Assembly: GCA_964458565.1 (NCBI GenBank)
Contig: CAYWJO010000013.1
Span: 14,541-78,540 of the forward strand
Direction of reading: 5' to 3'
DNA: 64,000 bases
Source of the DNA: an uncultured archaeon
Lineage (GTDB): Archaea > Asgardarchaeota > Thorarchaeia > Thorarchaeales > Thorarchaeaceae
The translations under genes were made by a program, and so were the position numbers. Position 1 is the first letter of the stretch. Each line of letters begins with the position of its first letter. Under the pieces are notes generated by a model that made no database searches, was not told the origin of the DNA, and saw nothing but the letters and a program-made list of their open reading frames with translations. This document shows positions 19,784-29,643 of this stretch, one piece after another.

Positions 19784-21508
19784 ATTAGACTTAGTAGAAC
19801 TAAACTTATACTTCTTGCTCTACTTCTATCGAGTCTGTTCGTTCTAAGCGATCTTCAGGTATCTGCTGTCGATACCGAATTGCCTGTTGTATCACGTCAA
19901 GATCTAGCATCGGTGACAAGGACATGGACGAACCAGACCTTGATGTATCCTGATCAATGGCATAATTCATCAGAAATTGATGAGGAGTTAGCTCTTTGGA
20001 ATGCAGCTGTTCCTGAATTAATTGATTGGTTTGTTATAGGTCAGAGCTTTCAAGGTAAGAATTTGACCTGTGTTAGGATTACGAATGAACAGATTACCGA
20101 ACAGAAGGCGAAGAGCTTTATCGTAGCAGAGCATCATGCAAGAGAACAGATTACTGTTGAGTTTGCATTGCGTTTCATTCTGTACATGGTTAACGGATAC
20201 GGAATAGATCCCCTGATTACAGAATATCTGGATACCATAGAGATTTTTGTGATTCCTGCACTTAATCCTGATTCTCTCAATCTTGTTGTGGATGGAGGAA
20301 ATCACTGGCTTAGACGTAATATGAGACCATACAATGCTGATGGTGACGATGAGACTGATGAGGATTCATGGGAGGATGTGGATGGTGATGGATACATATC
20401 ATCATTTGAATTATATGAGAAACCTGCAGATTTCATCAACCCAGTTGAATTTTGGTATGAAGGTATAGACAATGATGGTGATGGTTTGGTTAATGAGGAC
20501 TATGTTGGTCTTGTTGACTTAAATCGGAACTATCCTACAGGTTTTGGTGAAGGTGAGTCATCTGACAATCCTGATTCTGATGTTTACCATGGAGAATATG
20601 CATTTTCCGAACCCGAGACCCAGGCTCTCAGGGATTTTGTCGAACAACATCGCTTCGCCATGGCTTATTCACTCCACTCTGGTATTAATACAACATATTT
20701 ACCTACCAATCCCTATGGTTATTTTCCTGAAACAACTCTCTATTGGGATATCCTAGATGACTATGACGAGATTCTACCGCCTGGTTTCAATGAAGTGTAT
20801 GGCTATACAGCAACTAAACTTGCATCAGCAAACAGTGGCATGTGGGACGAGTGGATGTATTATGAACGTGGTTGTACAGCCCCTGTAACTTTTGAAGTAT
20901 ATCACAATGGGAGTGCTGACACTTTGGATACGTACACAGTTTTGGAGGAGAACGAAACACACATCCTCTACGAGTGGGAAGGTATCTATCCATATTTCGC
21001 TCCTGTAGAAAGCTATATCGAAAAACTATGGATACAACTCAGGCCTGCATTTGATTATCTTATAGTCAACACACCTCGACTTGAGATTGATTTTGTTGGC
21101 GCAGATTACGATGGTAGTACGTTCACAGGCAATCTCTCGGTTTCCTGTATTGGGCACAGATTAGATACTGTTGAGGGGATAGTTGTGCTCGATGCTGAAG
21201 GTACAGCATTGAAATCGTATGCAGTTATGGACCCTGATGAATCGATAACTAAGCGGGTATCAATGGATCTAGCACCTGGTGAGAGTGTAATTATTCGGAT
21301 TGGAAACAATTACACCGGATTTGCGGAGTACACAATCGAATCATCTGCAGAAACAAGTACTCAACCGACAACAAGTACTAGTAATATGACAACCTCAACT
21401 ACGCCTGAGACTCCCACCACTCTTACAATTGAGATGTTGGTGATAATAGCAGGTGCAGGAGTTGCTGTTGTAGTAGGCGCAATCATCATTTTGAAACGTC
21501 GAACTTAG
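19784..21508 (+). CDS. Secreted, C-terminally anchored M14 zinc carboxypeptidase (probable ATT start at 19784; ORF track gives 19880)
   Basis: HHARE, R.N, VDLNRNY, SEPET, SLHSG and FE motifs; DxDGDG insertions; Thr-rich linker, TM and KRR tail; in-frame signal peptide upstream of 19880. Confidence 0.88.
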   Translation: MRLSRTKLILLALLLSSLFVLSDLQVSAVDTELPVVSRQDLASVTRTWTNQTLMYPDQWHNSSEIDEELALWNAAVPELIDWFVIGQSFQGKNLTCVRITNEQITEQKAKSFIVAEHHAREQITVEFALRFILYMVNGYGIDPLITEYLDTIEIFVIPALNPDSLNLVVDGGNHWLRRNMRPYNADGDDETDEDSWEDVDGDGYISSFELYEKPADFINPVEFWYEGIDNDGDGLVNEDYVGLVDLNRNYPTGFGEGESSDNPDSDVYHGEYAFSEPETQALRDFVEQHRFAMAYSLHSGINTTYLPTNPYGYFPETTLYWDILDDYDEILPPGFNEVYGYTATKLASANSGMWDEWMYYERGCTAPVTFEVYHNGSADTLDTYTVLEENETHILYEWEGIYPYFAPVESYIEKLWIQLRPAFDYLIVNTPRLEIDFVGADYDGSTFTGNLSVSCIGHRLDTVEGIVVLDAEGTALKSYAVMDPDESITKRVSMDLAPGESVIIRIGNNYTGFAEYTIESSAETSTQPTTSTSNMTTSTTPETPTTLTIEMLVIIAGAGVAVVVGAIIILKRRT

Positions 21509-21523
21509 TCCGAACGAATGTGA

Positions 21524-21552
21524 GTGTGGGGTATCCCCCACACATGTTTTTT
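21524..21552 (+). terminator. Hairpin plus T-tract
   Basis: GTGTGGGG-tatc-CCCCACAC followed by ATGTTTTTT, just after the M14 stop. Confidence 0.6.
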
Positions 21553-21818
21553 CTAAGGCATGTGAAGCTCCGATTTAGAACCAAATAGACTCACATCAGT
21601 TATTCATAACGAACCAACCAAACCTATCGCGATTATAATGAGAAAAAGAAATGAAATCGTTCTCATCTTGACTTGGGCCCTCCGTTCATGATGTATCTAC
21701 CCTGAATCACTATAATCTTTTCTTCACCTTTTTACTTGTTTAGCGTAATTCTAAATCCTATTATAGGTAAAAACAGTGCATAAGATATTTCATATCCCAC
21801 GTTCAGGGGTGACAGGAA

Positions 21819-23552
21819 ATAAGAATCAGAAAGCACTTTCTCTTGATTATTTTGATACTGACGATACCTATGCCTTCAGTTTTGAAAATTACTTTTGAAA
21901 CCACCTTTGAAACTACTCAGGAGAATATCGTTCTATCTTCAAATCTGATTTACGAAGATCAATACCATGACTATGAGATGATGTCTGATGAGGTTGACAA
22001 CATCGCACAAAACGCGCCTGGAATAATTGAAGTGTTTTCAATTGGTCATAGTTATCTAGGAAAAGATCTTCTAGCTCTAAAGATAACTAATGAGTCTATC
22101 ACACGACAAAAAGCAAAAACATTGGTAGTTGCACATCATCATGGACGAGAGCAAATCACAATTGAAATGGCTCTCCGATTCATTCTCTATCTGGCGAATG
22201 GGTTTGGTCATGACGCACAGATAACCCATTATGTGAACTCATTGGAGATTTATGTCATTCCCACATTGAACCCTGATGCACTTGATAGAGTAATAAATGA
22301 GAATGATTTCTGGTTGAGGAAGAATCTACATCCATATGATAATGACTATGATGAGGAATCTGATGAGGATCCCATTGATGATGCAAACGGGGATGGATGG
22401 ATCTCAAGATATGATGTTTATGACCGCGTTGACGAAGATTCAGAAATCTATCTATATTCATATTATGAGGGAATTGACGACGACGGAGATGGAGAATTCA
22501 ACGAAGATGAAATCGGGTATGTTGACCTAAATCGAAATTATGATGCTGGTTGGGGTGGAAGTGGGTCCTCAGGAGACCCTACTGATCAAACGTACCGAGG
22601 GAGGCGCCCCTTTTCAGAACCCGAGACCCAAGCTATGCGTGATTTTGCTGAGCAGCATCGATTTGCGATGGCTTTCTCACTCCACTCAGGGATAAATGCA
22701 ACATATCTTCCATCTGATGATAACGGGTATGTTGAACCTGAGTTGTATGATGAGGTGTTTGGTGATTTTGCAGATATTCTTCCGAATTCATTCATCACGG
22801 GGGGAAGATATGAAGAGACGACAGAATCCGGTCCTATCATTGAAGCTAATCATTTTGGGAAATGGAGTGACTGGATGTATGTAGAACGAAACACTCCTGT
22901 GCCAGTGTGTTTCGAGATCTTTCACGATAGCCGGGTTGATGATGCTTCACGCTATACAACTATACTTGAGAACGATACTCACCTCATAAAGGAATGGCAT
23001 GACATCTATGGTTATTTCAACCCTCCTGCCAGTAAGATTGATTTACTCTGGATGATAATCCGGCCTGCTTTCATATACTTACTCGATATGATTCCTCAGC
23101 TCGATGTTGAGGTTGTGGTTTTACCTAATGCAAGTCCAGATTTGCATGATATCCGATTGGGAGTAAACATAGGTTGTGACGCTCCAAGAATCAGTTCGGT
23201 AGACCCCATATTCGTTAAAACTACAACTGGTGAGATTATTCATTCATGGTCTGCCCTAGATGCTGGAGCCCTATTACATGATAATGTGACGTTCTCACTT
23301 CCTTTCGATGCATCAATCTCACCGTTTACACTTCTGATTGGTAACAACTACACCGGATTCGATTCTATCATCTTAGAACGGTCCCCTCTGACCACTGTGA
23401 CATACCAAACTCCATCTAACACACAATCCAGCACAGAACCAATTCCATCGAGTGGAGTCTATCCTCTGGATTCATCTATAATTCTTATTGTGTCATCGAC
23501 TGGTTTCTTAGTAGTCGCCACTATTGCTATCATCTATATCCGAAGGAGATGA
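21819..23552 (+). CDS. Second M14 zinc carboxypeptidase, tandem paralogue (probable ATA start at 21819; ORF track gives 21843)
   Basis: HHGRE, LRKN, VDLNRNY, FSEPETQA, SLHSGIN and CFEI motifs; same insertions and C-terminal TM anchor as the first copy. Confidence 0.88.
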   Translation: MRIRKHFLLIILILTIPMPSVLKITFETTFETTQENIVLSSNLIYEDQYHDYEMMSDEVDNIAQNAPGIIEVFSIGHSYLGKDLLALKITNESITRQKAKTLVVAHHHGREQITIEMALRFILYLANGFGHDAQITHYVNSLEIYVIPTLNPDALDRVINENDFWLRKNLHPYDNDYDEESDEDPIDDANGDGWISRYDVYDRVDEDSEIYLYSYYEGIDDDGDGEFNEDEIGYVDLNRNYDAGWGGSGSSGDPTDQTYRGRRPFSEPETQAMRDFAEQHRFAMAFSLHSGINATYLPSDDNGYVEPELYDEVFGDFADILPNSFITGGRYEETTESGPIIEANHFGKWSDWMYVERNTPVPVCFEIFHDSRVDDASRYTTILENDTHLIKEWHDIYGYFNPPASKIDLLWMIIRPAFIYLLDMIPQLDVEVVVLPNASPDLHDIRLGVNIGCDAPRISSVDPIFVKTTTGEIIHSWSALDAGALLHDNVTFSLPFDASISPFTLLIGNNYTGFDSIILERSPLTTVTYQTPSNTQSSTEPIPSSGVYPLDSSIILIVSSTGFLVVATIAIIYIRRR

Positions 23553-23557
23553 GTTCC

Positions 23558-23880
23558 TTAGGGTATGTGGAGTTCTGATTTATCTACAAAACGTATTCGA
23601 CCAAAACAGAACCCTATCACAAGTACACCACGTGTTAATGCAACTAGGCTGATTATTAATGCTCTATCAAGTTCATTCTCGCGAGGTGAAGTTGTAATGG
23701 AAGTTATCGTCGTTAGTGGATATACTGGGTTCTATTATGGTATAATTCGTTCTCATGGGGGATTGATTTACTCTCAATTTTACATCTCCTACACAATACA
23801 GAAAGACTCCATATGACCCAGCGCCATCTACACCGTACATATATCTAGATGTATTAATGCTCTGCTCAATCCTCGTTTCA
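23558..23880 (-). pseudogene. Possible decayed 3' end of a surface-protein gene
   Basis: One frame reads GSYGVFLYCVGDV...NYTII. A second frame reads TTITSITTSP + ALIISLVALTRGVLVIGFCFG + RIR then stop, i.e. linker, TM and basic tail split by a frameshift. Confidence 0.35.
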
Positions 23881-23887
23881 GATGGGT

Positions 23888-24352
23888 CTAACTTCCTAGC
23901 TCAGCAGCAAAACGTTGTCCAAATTCATGCGCCTTTCCAGGTTCATCAGCATTGAGCGGTCCCTTGTCCGTATCAACCAAGGCTGACAATCCTTCGCTAA
24001 ACAGTCTCGCTCCGGAAGCCTTCTTCCTCAGGATCTTCTCAATGCCCTGAGTGCCCTTGTGTTCATGTCTCTTTGCTAGGTATGTGTCAAATGCTGCTAC
24101 AAGTTTTCCATCAAGTCCTGCCTTACATGCTCGATTTGTGGCATCTCTGATACCTCGTGAAGCTCTGAACGCATGGACTGGGCCTCCGAAGAGAACTCCA
24201 TCGTATTGGGTGTAGTCCACGTCTTTAGCATCTTTCTGATTCAAGACGGCGCACTCGCTCTCACCCGAGTCCTCAATGCCGGATGCAATCTCTTTTGCTA
24301 ACTGTTCTGTATTTCCGTAGGTTGTATCGAATATGATTAAGACCTTCTTCAT
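23888..24352 (-). CDS. Flavodoxin-like protein
   Basis: T.YGNT..LA, FGGP.H, L.GK..AAFDT and GPL motifs. Confidence 0.88.
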   Translation of the reverse strand: MKKVLIIFDTTYGNTEQLAKEIASGIEDSGESECAVLNQKDAKDVDYTQYDGVLFGGPVHAFRASRGIRDATNRACKAGLDGKLVAAFDTYLAKRHEHKGTQGIEKILRKKASGARLFSEGLSALVDTDKGPLNADEPGKAHEFGQRFAAELGS

Positions 24353-24517
24353 TTCTGGAACCCTTTTTTATTCTCTATGCTATTGCTCGAACCATTCCTT
24401 TATAACGTTTGGCAAACAATGAACACCGAACGATTGATGTTTGACATATACCAAACGTTTAAATACAAATTACACGCTAACATACTTAGACACAACACAA
24501 AGTTTCGGTGAACAATA

Positions 24518-25423
24518 ATGTCTACAAGCTTCAACACAATTCTTGACGACCTGAAGTCGAGCCTTAAGCTGGCTTGGGGTAACATGCTAAGTTACTTTCT
24601 CGCCAATCTAGGAATGCTTATCCTGATTGGACTTCTCTTCGCGATTGTCGCAATCCCTGTAGTTGTCTTTGTCTTTATAGCTGCAGGTAGTAACTGGACT
24701 GCTTTTGCTAATATGATGCCAGTGTATGCTGAGGCTAATCCTTGGGTTCTAGGAGGAATTGCTCTTATGATTCTAGTACCGATCATTGCCCTCTTCTTAG
24801 TAGTCGTTGGCTCAATCTATGGTATGAGTAAGGAACTCGTAGCCACTGGTGAGACCAAGGCTGAACTTGCATTCTCATATTTCAAGAACAAGTTCTTCTC
24901 ATTTGCTGGAGCAGGTGTACTACTTACAGTGATAATCATCCTCCCCATGATTGCCCTCTGGGGTTCTGTCAGTATCCTTAATGGTTATGTGATAACTAAT
25001 GAACTCTCTACTCTCCTCTCCGTTATTACCTTCGTTTGGGCCTTCTTCACTGTGGGTTTCTGTGCAAACGTCTTTCCAGCCATCACCTATGGATCTGGTG
25101 TCATCGATGCCTTCAAGGAATCTTTTGATTTAGCCATTCAGCGATTCGATAGGGTCTTTGGCCTACTCAGTGCATTTATTGTGCTTGGAGTGGTCACATT
25201 TGGACCATTGATTCTCTGGGGTCTTGGTGCCGCCTCTATGCCACCACTAACACCCGTCATCGATCCTCTCTTTGGAGCCGTCATGCTATGGACTTTGGTA
25301 TCCGCGTTCTTGTGGGTATTCCTTCTCCTCCCCATGACAATCATTGCATGGGTCAAGTCCTACGCTGAGATGACTCAGAAGGAGATCGCCTCTCCTCCTG
25401 TCATCGAAGTACCAATTGTTTAA
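24518..25423 (+). CDS. Multi-TM membrane protein (paralogue 1)
   Basis: About 6 TM segments; shares DDLK.S..A..N, G...E.V..G, FPAI..G...DA and FDRVF with the next ORF. Confidence 0.75.
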   Translation: MSTSFNTILDDLKSSLKLAWGNMLSYFLANLGMLILIGLLFAIVAIPVVVFVFIAAGSNWTAFANMMPVYAEANPWVLGGIALMILVPIIALFLVVVGSIYGMSKELVATGETKAELAFSYFKNKFFSFAGAGVLLTVIIILPMIALWGSVSILNGYVITNELSTLLSVITFVWAFFTVGFCANVFPAITYGSGVIDAFKESFDLAIQRFDRVFGLLSAFIVLGVVTFGPLILWGLGAASMPPLTPVIDPLFGAVMLWTLVSAFLWVFLLLPMTIIAWVKSYAEMTQKEIASPPVIEVPIV

Positions 25424-25507
25424 TTGGGACGGGTGTATCGTGAGAGTGTCTTCAAAGCCTGGCGATGAAGGCATTCTCACACCTATATTTCCTTACGGAG
25501 GTACAAG

Positions 25508-26440
25508 ATGATGCAGAAAAGAACAAGTTTCAAAGTTGTTTGGGACGACCTAAAGATCAGTATCCGTTTTGCTATTAGCAATATAGGGTCCTTCCTGCTA
25601 GCAATGATTGGAGTACTAATAGTCACAGGTCTACTCTTTATCCTTGTTTTTGGAATACTTATGATATTCCTTGTCATATTTGCTGGTGGACTCCCTGGTC
25701 TTATTCAATTCTTCACAGATATTAGCACCTCATTTGAGGTTCTCGATTTTGGTGCATTGGGACTTGGGCTGCTTGTCCTAGTACCTCTAATTAGCCCCCT
25801 TTTCGTGGCAATTGGAGCCCTCTTCGGAATGGGTCGTGAAATAGTTGAGAGTGAAGGAACTTCTGCTGAAGGAGTTTTCACATGGTATCGGCGTAAGTTC
25901 ATTCCTCTTGCAGGTGGTGGAATAATTCTCTTTTTAATAACCGCTCTACCTCCTGTATTAGGTTTCACGATTACATACGTAATATTCGGGCTTAGTGTTC
26001 CCCCGCTGGTAAATTCAATTCTTGCTGGATTGACATTTGTGTGGATAATCATCGCTACTGGAAGTCTATCGATGTTGTTTCCCGCCATTATCGATGGGCA
26101 CAGTGCGGTTGACGCTACAATGTTGTCCATCCGATTGAGTTGGAAGTACTTTGATCGGGTCTTCTCAGTCTGGCTAGGCATACTCTCAATGATATTGTTA
26201 GTGTTCATACCCATAGTTGCTTTTCCATTTGCAACATTCAATGATCCTTCAGGTCTAGCATCATCTGGTATGTGGGTTGCAGTATATGCCGTGCCAGCAG
26301 TTTTCATCGTTGCGTTAGTGTTTATTCCAGCCGCAGCGATAGCGCTCAGCAGAGTGTATCTTATCTTGACAGCTACAGAGAATCATACTCAAACAGATAA
26401 AGATGACACTCCGGGCCTGAGCTTCGTTGGAGGCTTCTGA
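25508..26440 (+). CDS. Multi-TM membrane protein (paralogue 2)
   Basis: Tandem paralogue of 24518..25423. Confidence 0.75.
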   Translation: MMQKRTSFKVVWDDLKISIRFAISNIGSFLLAMIGVLIVTGLLFILVFGILMIFLVIFAGGLPGLIQFFTDISTSFEVLDFGALGLGLLVLVPLISPLFVAIGALFGMGREIVESEGTSAEGVFTWYRRKFIPLAGGGIILFLITALPPVLGFTITYVIFGLSVPPLVNSILAGLTFVWIIIATGSLSMLFPAIIDGHSAVDATMLSIRLSWKYFDRVFSVWLGILSMILLVFIPIVAFPFATFNDPSGLASSGMWVAVYAVPAVFIVALVFIPAAAIALSRVYLILTATENHTQTDKDDTPGLSFVGGF

Positions 26441-27086
26441 TTTGGCCAAAGTGTATGATAAAATCGAACCAATGAAAGACCTAGAAATAATATCTGATCC
26501 TAGGACTATTAAGGTCCTTTTTGAGCCTACTCGTTCCGAGATAGTGTTCAGATACCTTGTGAATGGCTCGATGACTGTAAAACAGCTATCAGATGCCCTT
26601 GGAAAGAATCCTGGAACCATACTTCACCACATTGACAAGTTGAAAGATGTCGGTCTTGTGGTTCAGGATTATACTGAACAAACAATAACTGGTATTGTCC
26701 AACGATACTATCGTGCAACTGCTCGAGAGTATCGACTTGGTATTGGCGGGATGATGCAGACTGATAGTGGTGTCGCTGAGTTTGCAGAAAAACGTCTCAA
26801 ATCAATGCTTTCTAGTCTCACATATTATGGTATTGAGATTCCAGAGGGAGATCTGGCGGAAGCAACTCAACTATTGAGACAATTGATTGAACGTGAGAAC
26901 GAAGTGAGTTCTAAACTTCCCATCTCCGATGAGAAGATCTTTGCTAAGCTTCAACGTCCAGTCAGAAATGACGCATCGCGAATCATGAGACGGTTCATCC
27001 TCGATCAAGATTCGCAATATCGCGGACTACGAGATAAGTGGAATGTCTTTCTCAAGTCCCATCAAAAAGGTGTGAGTAAACAATGA
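26427..27086 (+). CDS. Winged-HTH transcriptional regulator (ArsR-like)
   Basis: P.R..I, MTVKQLSDALGKNPGTILHHI.KL...GLV and RYYRATA motifs. Confidence 0.85.
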   Translation: MEASDLAKVYDKIEPMKDLEIISDPRTIKVLFEPTRSEIVFRYLVNGSMTVKQLSDALGKNPGTILHHIDKLKDVGLVVQDYTEQTITGIVQRYYRATAREYRLGIGGMMQTDSGVAEFAEKRLKSMLSSLTYYGIEIPEGDLAEATQLLRQLIERENEVSSKLPISDEKIFAKLQRPVRNDASRIMRRFILDQDSQYRGLRDKWNVFLKSHQKGVSKQ

Positions 27087-27835
27087 GTAATTACGAAAGA
27101 AATACGACAATGATTTTTTGCATACTGGGTGTTCTCGTAGTTGGTTCGATTGCTGTCGGTGCAATTACGTTCTACGGGTCATCATGGCTTGGACATGATA
27201 ACACGCCAGTATACTTCCATGAGGATAGTACCATCGGTAGCGTTAGCGGTCTTGTAACCATCAATGCTGATATTAATACAGGCTCTTTGAACATCCTATT
27301 TGTTGACAATGATACACTCTTGTATGATGTAGATGTTCAGATGTCGAATAGATCCTATTTGCAATATGGTGACCCAACAATTGCATTCAGTAGTAATACA
27401 CTGACCCTAAGTCATGAGGTTGCAGCATTCAATATCACTCTGGGCAATGGAATCAATTACACTATCAACGCTCAGACAAGTACTGGAAGCATAGCTTGTG
27501 TGCTCTCTCATGATGCCTTGGTTGGAGATGTGGCTTTGACCACAGGAACTGGTTCAATCGCATTCACAATGACAAACGATGTGACTCTGATTGGCAATGT
27601 TGATTTTGATTTAACAACTAACACTGGTTCAGTAACAGCTGTAATTATCCTCCCAGATGATGTGGGGGCTGATTTCAGTGCAGAACTTGGTGTCGGTTCA
27701 ATTGTTGTCAATGCTCCAACATGGGATAAGGTGACCAGTACACATTATCAATCAGATGATTACGGTGATGCGCCTCAGAATCTTGACATAGTTGTCGAGA
27801 CTAGCGTGGGTAGTGTGACCGCCACTCTTTCATAG
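27083..27835 (+). CDS. Membrane-anchored beta-repeat protein (DUF4097/Toastrack-like)
   Basis: N-terminal TM followed by repeated x-T-G-S-[ILV] units (NTGSL, STGSI, GTGSI, NTGSV, GVGSI, SVGSV). Confidence 0.7.
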   Translation: MSNYERNTTMIFCILGVLVVGSIAVGAITFYGSSWLGHDNTPVYFHEDSTIGSVSGLVTINADINTGSLNILFVDNDTLLYDVDVQMSNRSYLQYGDPTIAFSSNTLTLSHEVAAFNITLGNGINYTINAQTSTGSIACVLSHDALVGDVALTTGTGSIAFTMTNDVTLIGNVDFDLTTNTGSVTAVIILPDDVGADFSAELGVGSIVVNAPTWDKVTSTHYQSDDYGDAPQNLDIVVETSVGSVTATLS

Positions 27836-27873
27836 GATGCAATGCATGCTCATCATGGTTGATTTAGACAATC

Positions 27874-27906
27874 GAGAGGGATATCCCCTCTCCTTCTTCC
27901 TTTTTA
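27874..27906 (+). terminator. Hairpin plus pyrimidine/T-tract between convergent genes
   Basis: GAGAGGG-atatc-CCCTCTC followed by CTTCTTCCTTTTT. Confidence 0.5.
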
Positions 27907-27925
27907 CTAAATTTGGCTTGCTTTT

Positions 27926-28261
27926 CTATCTTTCATTTTTCATAGCACCAAACGCCAACCGTTTAGCTGCTTCTCTCATTTCAGATAATTTCTCGCCATA
28001 TTGAATGACATCACTATAGAGATCCATTTGCTCATGAATACTCTTCTCAACATAGGATGAAACTGCTTCGGAGCGGCTTCTAAAAACATCAAGTTCAACG
28101 AGGGTGTCGATTATTTTAACTATATCTGCACTAAGTCGTGTCATCACATGGACTTCTCGCTTTTTGATCTCAAACTCCTCTGATTGAAGTTCACCAAGAA
28201 TTCTATCTTTTAGTGTGATCTGTACCTGGTCGCCCTCTGATTCACTTTTTTTCGGTGGCAT
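27926..28261 (-). CDS. Ribbon-helix-helix DNA-binding protein
   Basis: VMTRL (strand), DIVKIIDTLV (helix A), RSRSEAVSSYV (helix B). Confidence 0.7.
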   Translation of the reverse strand: MPPKKSESEGDQVQITLKDRILGELQSEEFEIKKREVHVMTRLSADIVKIIDTLVELDVFRSRSEAVSSYVEKSIHEQMDLYSDVIQYGEKLSEMREAAKRLAFGAMKNER

Positions 28262-28353
28262 TGTACCAACTCCATTTTGGTCTTACACATACATAGTATA
28301 CATTACGCTTAATAATCTTTATCATTAGGTAGATACCAATAACGAAACATTAT

Positions 28354-28391
28354 TAAGTTGTAAGATGTAATATAATTAACATAAGATGTAA
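28354..28391. promoter_or_regulatory. Direct repeats in the RHH/Lrp divergent promoter
   Basis: TAAGATGTAA at 28361 and 28382 (21-bp period), plus near copy TAAGTTGTAA at 28354. Confidence 0.5.
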
Positions 28392-28430
28392 GGAATTCGA
28401 GTTACAAACTGGACTCAAGGAGAACTGAAG

Positions 28431-29381
28431 ATGGATAAGCTTGACAAAACCCTGCTCCTGAAGCTTCTCAGCGATTGTAGAGCATCCTACAGAGAACTCG
28501 CAAGAGAGTTAGGAGTTACCTGTCCCACAATTAAGAGAAGAGTGGATAAACTCATCAAGTCAGGTATTATAGAGAGCTTCACCATCGATATCTCTCAAGA
28601 AACTCTTGGTGTAAGTTGGGTGTATGCTGAGATTGAAACCGATCTATCTGAAGATCGAAACGCATTAATCCATGCTATTTGTGCGCATAAATTCACAAAT
28701 GAGATATTCGCTGTTGGATCCAAGAAATACATCGTATTTGGTGAAGTACCGCTTCTCGAAGGTATGTATGACTATGGTAAATTCTTGCGAAGTCTAGATG
28801 GAGTATGCAATGTGGAAATCACACCTGTTCGGCAATTACCAACAAGCCAGCTCTCAACTAATAGCAAATACAGCTCAAGAGGTGGGAAGGTATCTTTCAC
28901 CGAACAGCACTTACGTATCTTGAGACATCTGATGAACAATGCCCGAATTTCCATTTTGGACCTCTCTGAAAAGGTCGGATTCAAACCAAAACGAGTAAGA
29001 CGGGTTCTAAAACAACTTGAAGAGAGTGAGGGAGTTCATTTCACAATACGATTCAATCCATCTGTGGAGGATTGTATCAGTTTCATCCTAAAGATCAGCT
29101 TCAATGAGAATATGATTGCTCCAGGTGATATCACCTATTGGATGGAAGAGGAATTTCCTCAAGAGTATTGGATGTCTTTTCTCCTCTCAAGTGGACCTGA
29201 GATGGTTAACTACATGACTGCTGATAGTCTCTCAGGTGTTGAGAAGATAATCCGAAGAATGAAGGAAATACGATTCATAAGTGATGTTGAAACGATGTTA
29301 ATCTATCATCTTGAGAAGCCGTCCGAAGACGGATCTCTGACCACATCCGAGATTACACTCGAGCCACTCTCTGCAGTATGA
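28431..29381 (+). CDS. Lrp/AsnC family regulator with two tandem HTH-RAM units (Lrp-A)
   Basis: MD.LD..LL..L..DCR.SYRELA..LG....I..RV..L...G.I; second HTH IL..L..NAR.S...L. Confidence 0.85.
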   Translation: MDKLDKTLLLKLLSDCRASYRELARELGVTCPTIKRRVDKLIKSGIIESFTIDISQETLGVSWVYAEIETDLSEDRNALIHAICAHKFTNEIFAVGSKKYIVFGEVPLLEGMYDYGKFLRSLDGVCNVEITPVRQLPTSQLSTNSKYSSRGGKVSFTEQHLRILRHLMNNARISILDLSEKVGFKPKRVRRVLKQLEESEGVHFTIRFNPSVEDCISFILKISFNENMIAPGDITYWMEEEFPQEYWMSFLLSSGPEMVNYMTADSLSGVEKIIRRMKEIRFISDVETMLIYHLEKPSEDGSLTTSEITLEPLSAV

Positions 29382-29530
29382 TTTTTTCTAGCTAAAAGAA
29401 TTACGTATACAGCGAATCCCTTGATTCTAAGATAATTCCATACATTTCGATTAATGACAATATTTCTGCAAGGGGCCGTTTTGTAACGCGGCCGCTTCAT
29501 GTTTTTCCATTTGTTCATGTGCATTGGCCG

Positions 29531-29566
29531 ATTTGGAAGACTCCGTCTTAACGTGAGTTTATACTA
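29531..29566 (+). promoter_or_regulatory. Promoter element copy 1 (AAGAC-tcc-GTCTT palindrome plus TTTATACT box)
   Basis: 27/36 ungapped identity with 31157..31192; lies upstream of the repeat-peptide gene. Confidence 0.6.
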
Positions 29567-29643
29567 TTCTTGTAGTATGTATTGTTCAAGTCATTCTCCT
29601 GAATCATTGCGAGAATGTACCGATAAAAAACAGTGGTGAAGAA

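Noticed and set aside
25705-26307. 200-aa minus-strand ORF and similar antisense ORFs (e.g. 10015..10461, 43920..44333, 29548..29850)
   Set aside because: Shadows of well-supported genes on the opposite strand.
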